DNA of 64,000 nt, from assembly GCA_904063045.1 (NCBI GenBank), contig CAJFCJ010000006.1:1651601-1715600 (forward strand), given 5' to 3'. Both the position numbers and the translations under genes were made by a program. Each line of letters opens with the position of its first letter. The first letter of the stretch is position 1. Of this stretch, positions 23,901 through 36,300 are shown piece by piece. The notes below the pieces were generated by a model, which saw only the letters and a list, made by a program, of their open reading frames with translations, was not told the origin of the DNA and did not search any database. This DNA is from Dimorphilus gyrociliatus. Its lineage: Eukaryota > Animalia > Annelida.

Positions 23901-26900
23901 TATACAGTTCCAATCGTATCATATTCGACTATTTGATATGGATAACGCTAACGAAGATTTATCCGACTCTACCTCAAAAATTCTTCGAAATCCGAAAACC
24001 TTATACGCAGGTAATTTCTTGACTGGAAAATATTAAAAGTTCTTTCCACTTCCCGTACAGTACCGATGCCGAACCATTATTTGAGACCACCATTCAAAAT
24101 TACGTAGTATGGTTAATGGTTAAGAATCGTTTAAAAAATATGGGTAAAAAATATTCCTCAGCCAGACTACCATTTCGCGAGGTATTCAGTAGGCCTATAA
24201 AATCAAATTAATGGGAGCTATATTTGATTCAGACGATTCAATTGATTATTCTTCATAATTTTTTAATTTACTCAGTAGTACCACTAATTTCACTAATTCA
24301 GGTATTAGATTGTAACCATGGGCCATACAAAATTTCACGCATGCCAAACATACTGTTTCGTTTTGTTTTTTTTTGCATATTTATCGAATATCGAACTTTT
24401 TCTTTCTCAGGTTATGTTTGGAACGACCCAAGAACAGGCTAGGTGGCGAGATTGCGTAACCGTAACAAACAACTTTTTGGGTTTCGCAACAAGTCGCCTA
24501 TTTGTTGATAGATATTTTGATGAATCGTCTAAAAAAGTTGCCCTGGAGATGATTGGAAAAGTTCGCGACTCTTTTAATGAGATCCTGAAAGAACTTGACT
24601 GGATGGACGATGAGGCCCGTAAAACTGCAAAAGAAAAAGCTGATGCTATTAGGGATAGTATCGGGTATCCGGAGTTTATTCAAAATAATACGGCTTTGAA
24701 TAATTATTATAAAAGTGTAAGCGTAAACCTCACAAATTGAGTTTATTTAATTAGAAAAAACCCATTCCAATAACATTATAGAGATAGGAGAGGAAATATC
24801 ACACTTATGATGTTTATTTACTTTATAGGTAACCGTCAATGAATCTAATTACTTTGAAAATTATCTGGAATTCCTAAAATTTACAACAAGAAGAGATCTA
24901 AGTAGATTAGATAAACCAGTTGATAAAACAATGTAAAACATCTTTTACTATATTTCAAATTTCTCTAATGATATTGTTTCCCTTCCCGTCATACAGCTGG
25001 CACACACCACCGACCACTGTAAACGCCTTCTATAATCCTATGTTTAATATGATAAGTTAGTTTCTTTTAAGAAAAAAATATTAAAATATCAAAGAGAAAC
25101 GGAAAAAAATTAACTTATGATGTCTTTTATACCTTTTCAATTTTCAGCTTTTCCTGCTGCCATACTGCAACCGCCTTTTTATAATGAAAACTTCCCAAAG
25201 TAAGTGAATTTAATTCTATAAATATTGGAAAAATGAAAATTCATCTTCTTATTTCCTTTTTATAATGCTTCTAACGCTTTTAATTAGCCTAACCGAGACG
25301 TTTCTGGCTTTTAGCACCGCAAATTATGAACAAAATATGCACTTCCTCTGTTTTTCCTACAAATATATATACACATATTCTATAGACTCTCTACTCAAAT
25401 TACAAATCAAATTATTTTCCTTTTACAACAAAAGAGTGAGAAAGAGATACTAAAAACATATTATATATACAGTATATATACATATATATATAAACATTAA
25501 TTGATTAATTAATTTTAAAAACAAAAACATACACAAAAAAGGTATTTAAATTACGGTGGAATCGGTTACGTAATCGGTCACGAAATATCTCACGGATTCG
25601 ACGATGTTGGTGAGTAGTAATTAGGTGTATATAAATTCTTGTACGGAAAATAACAAACAAAGGAAGGAACGCCCCTAAAAGGGCGTATCTTTTGCGATGC
25701 TTTGAAAAGCGAGATACGCCTCGAAGGTATAACAAGTTTGGAATAAAATTCGCGCTTCAGGTATATTAACTATGGAGGCATAGCAACCGTCATCGGTCAT
25801 GAAATCACTCATGGTTTCGACGATCGAGGTAAAAAGTTACAAGAGCATGAAGGGTTGATTTTAGTTTGATGCCCTGTAAACATGTCTGTAAACTACAAAT
25901 GTCAAGTACGAACTTTTACGTCTGTTTGTTTTTCAGTTAAGACGTCGACGTCACTAGTGTAGAATGTTGATCCCTAGACAACGCCATCTGACGATTACTT
26001 TAATTTTTTTGTTTTAGTTTGTTAAATCCCTGATTAGACCCCTGAATTTTGTATAATTAATAGACTGTAAAGTCGAACAGTTAGTTAAATCGTATCAGAG
26101 AAATAGAACATTAGTTAATATTCGTTTGTAATCCTCCTATGAAGGTTATTAAGGAGACTAATTAACTTGTGTACAAATTAAGGTCGGTTATTTGATAAGG
26201 ATGGAAAAATGAGAACATGGTGGTCTGACGAAGTTGTAAAAAAGTTCGAAAAAAGGGCTAGCTGCATAATAAACCAATACGGAAATTATCTGGTCGAAGA
26301 AGTCAATAAAACGGTAAATTTCTTCTAACCTTATCTAAGAAACCCAATTATTCTTGATTTAATGCTACAATTGAAAACTATTCCTAGAGAGAATCAAAGG
26401 AATAATTCAAATAAATATTCTTTTTCCAACAGATTAATGGAGTACAGACTCAAGGGGAAAACATTGCTGATAACGGCGGTTTAAAGCAGGCTTTTCGAGT
26501 AAAATTCACTATTAAAATAATTAATCCTCTTTTAGCTAAATTATGCACGAATAAATTAATCTAAATTTAATAGGCCTACAAGAAGCTTGTGAGGGAGGGT
26601 TTAAGAGAGCAAGTTCTACCAGGTATTGATTTGAACCCTGATCAATTATTCTTTTTAAATTTTGCTCAGGTAATTATAATTAAATGAGTGAGTGAAATAT
26701 CCCAAAAGAATTTTATCATTGATAAATATCTTCACAACAGGTCTGGTGTGGTTCTGAACGAAAAGAGTATTCTATGCAGACACTAACCAACGGAAAACAC
26801 AGTCCTGGAAGATTTAGGTTTGTATATGCGTATATTTTACTTTGTAATCATACTATATTTCATTATAGGGTTATTGGAACTCTACAAAACTCTGGAGACT

Positions 26901-26968
26901 TTGCGAAAGCATTTAAATGCGCCAACGGAAGTCCAATGAATCCTGAAAATAAATGTTCTTTATGGTGA
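18750..26968 (+). CDS. M13 neprilysin/endothelin-converting-enzyme-like type II membrane metallopeptidase with alternative first exons (18750-18802, 19335-19387, 19995-20086) and two mutually exclusive exon pairs (23908-24010 / 24061-24181 and 25542-25609 / 25761-25828)
   Basis: Transmembrane anchor (20317-20448), [40 protein letters not shown](S/T)[32 protein letters not shown] and C-terminal CSLW. Splice junctions were checked by hand and are phase-consistent. Confidence 0.95.
19071..19130. repeat. 25-bp minisatellite, 2.4 copies (gtatgtatactgtatacatgtgtgt)
   Basis: Direct read; it lies between the two duplicated first-exon modules. Confidence 0.9.
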
Positions 26969-28674
26969 CTGCGCTCGACTTGAATGGTCCCTTACAGCTT
27001 GCTTTTTCCTCCCTCAACCAAATCTACTTCTGCTCCTCCTGTTTCTCCATCATGGTTTTCTCCCTTCTTCTCTATTGCTCTTCAGATATATTAAAAATAT
27101 AGTTCAACCTTAAGAAATCGTCGCTACGTCACCGAAGAAAAAATTTCTGCTGTTTTACTAAAAAGAGAATTAAAAAAAAAACATAAAAAGAAACAAAAAA
27201 ATCATTAATTTTTTCAATAAGTTTCCAAATATTTTTTAGTTGAGAAATTTGAAAGTTTGCTTGAATTTCGTTTATTTTCTCTCCTCCTTTCTCTCCTTTT
27301 CCATTGCTATCTTGTATAAAAACAGATTTAAAAAAAACAGAAAAACAGAAAAAAAAAATCCAAAGAGACTAATTCTTTTGGTATTAATGTTTAAAAAAAT
27401 ACTATATACTAATGAACTAAGTGTAATGATATAAATAATATATATTGTATATATATAGTGTTTTTTAAACAAAGATATTTCATTGTCTCTAAACTTTGTA
27501 AATATAAAAAAGGCTACATTGTAATTTGTGTGATTTAATTAACTAATTAATAATTTCATAAAAATTCTTTTTTCATATATTCTATAAAAATTTAGTTAGT
27601 TAATTCCATGTTTTATTGCGTGTTAAATAGAATTCTTTATAATAAAAAAAACTACTAATTTTTTAGAGAGAGAGAGACTGATATAATGTAAAAGTTAATT
27701 CTTTATATGCTCTATTTTGTCCCTTTAACTTCCGTATTAATATTTTTCATGATTGTGAACAAAAATTTTAATACAACTTTAAAATAGATTGTAAATGATT
27801 TATTCAAATTTTATATAGTATAAACTATGAAAGAGGATTTTTGGAGAAGAGGAAAGGAATAGATAGAATATAATATTTACACAAAGAGGCTAATAGTAAG
27901 AAAGGAAAATGGAATAGCAGGAAATAGATAAAAGAAAAAAAACACCGCTCCATATTTATTGAATCAATGACATTTATTTATTAAATATTTTCTATGCTTG
28001 TTTATTCAAGATTTTTACAAACTAAAACTTTCTTTGAAAGGTAAAACTACATCAAAAAAAAAAAAAGAAGCAACAAAACAAACCTTACAATCTCTACTTT
28101 CATCTGAAAATTATCCTTCTTCCTTTAGTTCCGTCTACTATATAGTTTATAAATGATAACTATTGTGGATAAAAATCACGTTACGTTAGTCTCATAGAGT
28201 TATATACACGTATGATAATACTAGATTTTTCTAAATACTCCTTCCTTACTATATATCCTAAAAAAGAGAGAGAGAATTGAAAAACTCCAAACAATATTAG
28301 TATTATTATTAAAATTTATAATAATAAAAAAAAATAAAACGTGACAAGCATAAAATCAAAGAAAATATAATAAAATAAAATAAAAAACAAGCAGATCTTT
28401 GAATATATAAATAGTTAAAAAGTATATAAAAAAAAACTTATTAGGTTGAAGGTGTAAAGATTGTTAATAAAAAATGTTTATTATATAGATAATATCTTCT
28501 AAATTCGATGATATTTGTTTATTCTTGTCTCCCATTAACCGAGTAAATAGTTATAGAGTGTTGTTCGTTTTTTTTTTTTGTTTTGTTTTTTCAATTTTTG
28601 TTTACTAATCTAAGAAAGATTTGAGTAGTTTTCCCTCTTTTTGCCTGTCTGCCTGTCCCTCTGAGCAGATGACT

Positions 28675-29543
28675 TTAAAATCCTTTTCGGGATCTTGCTC
28701 GGCTGGAATATTGAGAATAATCGGCGAAATGGTCATCGGAAGCCGTGGCTATTCTTGGTTGAATAAGAACTGAGGGTTTACCGATCGATTCGGCGTAGTC
28801 GGCTGTTTTATTTACAAAGGGATAAAATTGTTTTCTTCTATTAATAGATATTTATAACTAAACTTACATTTTGCAACGACAGGTATAGTCTCATTTTTAA
28901 GTAAAACTCTAGATCGCCTCGGAACTTGTCTAGAACCTAGTACAATTGCCAAGAGAGCTAAAACGATTCCGTCGAATATAGCTATGACGGCTAATATCAA
29001 AGCCCAACGAATTTCACAATCTGCCCTATCAAACTTATCCGAATCTTTACCACAAACTCTTCTGACGTCTTTGTCATCCCACCCATTAGGATAAACTAAA
29101 CAACCGATTGCCAGAAAGATAGCAGCTAGTATCAAAAGCATAGCTATACTGTAGTATACTCGCTTAGGTGATACGAAGAAAAAGAGGAGGAGAGAGATTA
29201 CACAGAAGAAGATAATTAGCACAGAGATTCCAACAAGAACAGTAGCAGCTTTAAAGTTCCCATTGAGTATTGATGAAAAATTATCCAATCCACCAAAACA
29301 CTTTAATTCACCAGATGTATCCTCAAGGAGAATGCAATATTTAAATAGACCAAAATATCCAGTTCCTGGTGAACTTTTAGAGTCACCCAGCCATTGTGGC
29401 TGAGCGAAAACGACTACTTCGATAATAGCCAAACAGATAACGAATAGAGCCCAAATAACGCCGACAACTCGGGCGTTTCTTACGTATTTATAATAATATA
29501 TTTTTGTCGCCTCCGCGGCACTTTGATAAGACGAACGATCCAT
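28675..29543 (-). CDS. LHFPL: LHFPL tetraspan / TMHS family (LHFPL3/4/5-like); exons 29543-28868, 28802-28675
   Basis: AAEATKIYYYKYVRNARVVGVIWALF, QPQWLGD, GYFGLFKYC, YPNGWD and CEIRWALILA, with four transmembrane segments. Confidence 0.92.
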
Positions 29544-30108
29544 ACTGAAATAAGAATTTTCACTTTTAAAATACCTGTTTAAATAATCAACTTTTCAAGA
29601 CACTGCAAATAGTAAATATATGTGGAATTTTTCACATAGTAGCGGTATCCTACGTACCTATATTTAATCATATGAAACAGGTTTAGACAGTACAATAAGG
29701 CTATTATTCATACAGCTTGAACGATTAAACTTAAGGAATTTTGTGTTGCTTTGACGCACTAATCGACCATATTAATTGCATTTCTTATAGGAAAGTATAT
29801 GTAAAAGTTACTCACACTGATTAATAATGTTCAACAATTTGTATAAAATGAAAAAATTGAAGATTATAATTACATTATTGACTCGCTTTCGAGCGTTCAA
29901 TATATAGTGTGGTTCGTGCTTTGTTCTCGTTTAAAATAAATAATTTTATTCATTATTTTTACATCGATATAAATGTTTAGATATTTACAATTTTCTGTGA
30001 GGTAATAAATAGAAACACAGTTTTGTTTTTCTTTTAACAGGTAAATGCAAGGGAACCATACTTTTCAGGTGGTTTCCGGTCAGGTAAGACAAATACAAAT
30101 CGGAAAAG

Positions 30109-30540
30109 ATGGCTCGAAATGTTCTATCCTTTATTACAAACCTATTTTCTAAAGAAGAGGAAAATAACGAAGAAGAAGAAGATATTAAGGCGGCCGAGGA
30201 ATTGGCGATGAGAAAATTTCGGCAGAATATTGCAAATTATCGCGCACAGTCCTTTAACGTTCGAAAAGCTCCAATGTTTGACTACGTAAAGTGGATGCAA
30301 AAGAACAATGTTAGAACTGAAGGATCACCTGATGAATACATACTCCAAGCTTCTGCCTTGGCTCCATACGTTAGAACTACCTTACATACTGGCTGTTTGG
30401 GAGAAGAAGAAAGAAAATGGGCTAAATTAACTGGTGTTGCATATGAAGAAAGTATAACGAAATCTGCTCATCATCATCATTTGACAAGCTTGTCAGCTAG
30501 CTTAAGAGCTAGTCGATCAAGCAGAAATAGACTTGGTTGA
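30109..30540 (+). CDS. Unrecognised 143-aa single-exon protein
   Basis: ATG-initiated ORF with an in-frame stop 24 nt upstream, protein-like composition and plausible 5'-UTR splice signals. No family recognised. Confidence 0.6.
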   Translation: MARNVLSFITNLFSKEEENNEEEEDIKAAEELAMRKFRQNIANYRAQSFNVRKAPMFDYVKWMQKNNVRTEGSPDEYILQASALAPYVRTTLHTGCLGEEERKWAKLTGVAYEESITKSAHHHHLTSLSASLRASRSSRNRLG

Positions 30541-30776
30541 GTCTATTATACTCGTTTTAAATATCTGCAATAGTTTTCCCTATTAGATATCGAGATTAAA
30601 AGAAAGAAAGAATCTCTGTTTTAGATGGACTTTTTAAAATATTAAATATTTTTTTTCATTTTATTAAGTTGTAAAAAAAAAGCAAATGAATAAACAATTC
30701 GTTAAAGTTTTTGATTTAGAACTGTTTTGTCATTCTTTATACTTTCAGCCTATACTTGACTTGGTGACTTAATTGG

Positions 30777-30793
30777 TAGCGCCATCTTGTGCC
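30777..30793 (-). promoter_or_regulatory. CTCF-like motif between the orphan gene and SMAD1/5
   Basis: TAGCGCCATCTTGTGCC. Confidence 0.55.
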
Positions 30794-31240
30794 GCGTAGC
30801 CTTAAAATATAGTTCTCATCAAAGTATGATAAAAAGTTAAAACAGGCATTATATTTCGAATTCATAATTCATTAACGAATCAGGTTCACATACTGCATGG
30901 GACAGCAATGAGAAGAGTTTAATTGGGTACTTTTAAAAAGTCATGAATGCGCGTAGTAAAAAGGGCTACTTTTGTTGGTATTCATCCGCCCATATACCAG
31001 TAGGACAGCAGACCAGTCGTCGCCGAAATGATCAATTGAGGTAATTTAAGCCGTTTTTCTCTCGTTATCAACTAATTACTTCAGTCACCACGCGCCGGGC
31101 TTCTATTTGAATCTTGTATTTATGAATTTATCTATACGGATTACTTATTATTTTTAAAAAAAAGAGTAAAAATTCCTCTATCCTATTGGCAAATGGCGGC
31201 TGTTGTTATAATAGGCCTACAATAGGCCCGCGGCTGTTAA

Positions 31241-32533
<1,293 letters not shown>

Positions 32534-33155
32534 TTTCAATCGATCTTTACTTTCTGTATATTTTTTTTTTTGTATTATTATTTGACTGTCTTTCCCGTTT
32601 TTCATATCCTTCTGTTAGTAAGTTTTTTTTTGTTTGTTTCTGCTTAATCTTATGCAATTGAATGGCTAAAAATATGCCTAAAAGTACCTGCCTATCGAAA
32701 GACGGGAAAAGAGACCGGAGATCTATTCAATAGAGCAAATAATAACAACGTGTCGTTTCTACCGTGTATTAAAAGACAGAAATAATCAAAACGATATATA
32801 TATATATATATATAAATTTTTGCGGTTGACTCTGACTCAAATAATATGTGAATAAAACGGACTTGCACCGTTTACCTGTCTCTTATCCTCTCTTTCTCTC
32901 TTCCATTTTTTTCTACATTTGTATACAAAATATAAAATTGTATACTCAATGTAATTTATACAATTGCGTATTTTCTATTTCTGTTTTCATGCTCCAGATC
33001 TCTTTTCTATCTATCCGACTGCTACTTAGAACAATTGGTTGTTAAAAAATTTGTTTATTTCTTTACCGGTGTTCAATCATGTATATATATATATATATAT
33101 ACTATGCAAGATAAAACGGAAAAAAAATTAAGTTCTTATGTATGCTCTCTTTCTT

Positions 33156-33190
<35 letters not shown>

Positions 33191-33370
33191 TTTTTTAGAA
33201 AGAAAAGAATGTATTTTTTTTGTATTAATGAACAATGCGTAAAAAAAAGAGAACAATTAAGAAAATAAATAAATAAATCTTTTTTCTGACATGTTTGTAC
33301 ATAATTTTTTAGTTTGTCGTTACGTTTTTCAATTATTTATGAATCATTCAAAAAAAAAGAGGAAAAATCT

Positions 33371-36300
33371 ATGGATTATTTAATTTTATTGTTTATTTCA
33401 GTTGATATCTATTTAATTAGTTTAAGGTGTTCCGCTACTGAAAATAAGACTGGCTATACAGTATCAGTTAGTGTTAATTGGACGTTATCATCTGTATATT
33501 TTGAAAGGGAGAGGTATCGGTCGTATTACGTTTGGTGGGAAAAGATACTCAACGAGCCCTCTTTAATCGACAGCCTTGTTTTGGTGAATAATAATGGATT
33601 TAACTGTGAACAATTGTTCACAGTCGTCGCCGATGACACGTATATACTAGGGACGTGTCGTGGGCGAAAGTTATCTAACCTTAGTTGCCTGACCGGTAAC
33701 TTCATACCCGTAAGGAAATTGACACTGTTGGAGACTAAAGGGAAAGTTTCAAACCGATCGGAAACTTTACATCTTACTATAGTAATTAACGCAATAAACA
33801 ATAATAAAAGTAAAAAGATGAAAAGGGGGGCTAGCGAACAAAGTGGAAGAGAACGTAAACTTTTCTTTGAGAACAGTATAGAAAAGATAGATAGATATTG
33901 CACGAAAGCGGAACGGGATGAAATAGTCAGGGGAATTGATAGTAAGTGCTTTATCTATACGTATTCTTCTTTATTTATATTTAGCTAAACTCTAACAATT
34001 TATAAAGCAAACAGTAACCGCTCGAAGTGATATTCTTATAGCCAAAAATACATGTAAATAGTTAGAAGATAGTTACATTTCCTATTAAGACGATAACCTT
34101 GAGAATGAATAGTATTTTATGAGTAAAATACAGTATTTATATATAAGCTGAAACTGTGTATAGCAAAGAACGAGGTCATAATACATTAAACAACTATATA
34201 GTTATTCCTTATCACAAGATTAAATCACAATTTTATTACTAAAAATGCCTAATCCTGATTATTTTTATGATGGATTATGTCGTAAAACGGAAATCCTTAG
34301 GTAAATAGGAAGTGCATTGATATACACACATACAAAAATTGAGAATTAAGAATACTTTATTCGTTCATTTTACAGTAATTAAACGGTCTGAAAGGATGAT
34401 TTCATTTAATTGACATTCGAACGAATACCGTTGGAATGCCCGTAGCTAATTAATTTGAATACAATTAAACAGATTTAATACATCAATCATACTTAATGAT
34501 TAAATTCTAATTTTTAGGTATTGTTGATCAAGTGTCAGACAGTTTAATCATAATTAAATAAAGATACATGAACTTTTGGTTTTTATCTATTTTTTCATGT
34601 TTTTCTTTCTATCACTGTCCCTTTTATTATCATCAATTTTCCTTCTTATTACTTATAGATATATATATATATATATTTTTTAGATAAAATTGACATTATT
34701 TCGGGGAATGTGAAAGAGGAGCACAGACCGTCAAACACTACTCAAATACGTATCGATCTCCCAATCGAGAGAGAGATAACGGCTGTTGTAGTAAGGGGTC
34801 ACAGGCTATCGGAAATTGCCGTTGGCGTCGGCGCAGATATCGAAAAGAAGCTAATCCAAGATACAAAGAATAACATGAAAGAATGCGGCACTCTTACAAA
34901 TTATCTTTCAACAGAAGTTTGTATTCTATGCGAAACAAAACTCGAGTCGTCAAATATTGTGCTTCTCTCTTTTGTCGAGTCTCGAATGACTATTACCGAA
35001 CTATACGTAACGTCTAAATCGTATAACGTTCAAGATCACAGCAGGAGCTTAGCTAAAGGTGTAAACGTTATCAATTCCCAGAAATCAGCGGATACTTATA
35101 AAATGGTCGATAATGATTTGATGAATACCTGTGTCTATAATTGGGGACAACCATCTTACGTTATTATTGAATTATTAGATGTTTCTTATATAAACAGAGT
35201 AGTATTATTATCGAAATTTAATGGATTAAGAACATTAATTGTAGCTGCTGTACTTGGTAAACATTCTAATATAAATAAATATAAGAATGTAAACTATTGT
35301 TACTCCTACGTGAGACGATCACCGATAACGAGAATCGATAAATATTGCGCAAGAGTTCTAAAGACGAGGGGCGTAGCTATTATATCAGAAGAGAAACAAT
35401 TCCAATTATGTTCGGTTCAAGTGTATTTTGATAAAGAATTTGGAAAATTACAACCAGAACGAAAAATTCTGACTAATTACAGCTGGGCTGTTGAAAATGC
35501 ATTAAGGGATAGGGAAATATTAAATAACGATACAGAATTGGCATTTTTGACAAACGATGCCGCATTTAAATTGAAATTATTTAGAAAATCGAATTTGAAT
35601 GATGGCGATATTAGAACTTGTATACCAATTATAGCCACAAGACTTATACATCTTGACTCGATATTAATCAAGATATTTCTTAGAATAACTAGATCTTTCA
35701 AGTATTTTTTCATCTACGGTTATGACATATGCTCTCTAAAAGGAGGAAAAGTGTCAACTTCCTTTCGTATTGGTGCAATAACAACGATAAATCCAAAGAA
35801 TAAACTATCGGATTCGGTATTTTGTAGACCTAAATTTTCCGATTGCGATGATGAATTCAATATGAACGATGCTGATATGTAAGTTAATAAGATAAAATAG
35901 AAATACTTTTCCTCTCTTTCATATCAGGTTTTCATATCGTATCAGACTTGGGTCGTTTTCAATTAAGAGATACAGAGTTATCTGCCAAACTCCCGTGAGA
36001 GGCAACGTAGTTATTTTACAATTAAAACACCGTGCAAATGATTTTTCTATTTGCGAAGTTGGATCTTTCGTTGAGCAACCGGAAGTTGCAACTTTTGACA
36101 AGAATTCGTATCATTTTCAAAAATTATTAATTAAAGCTAAACATTTAACGCCTTTCGATGTTGACGATGTGATATCTTCGAGACTACTTGATACCGGAAG
36201 TAATCAGACTATGAATTTAAGGAAGACACTTATACCCAGAATCGGTTTAAAATCAGATTGGATGATAACAGACCCTAATTCATGTTTAAGCACTGTCATA

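Noticed and set aside
26571-26578. TAGGCCTA copy in the peptidase gene
   Set aside because: It spans the acceptor AG and the coding gcc tac, so it is coincidental and was not counted as a regulatory copy.
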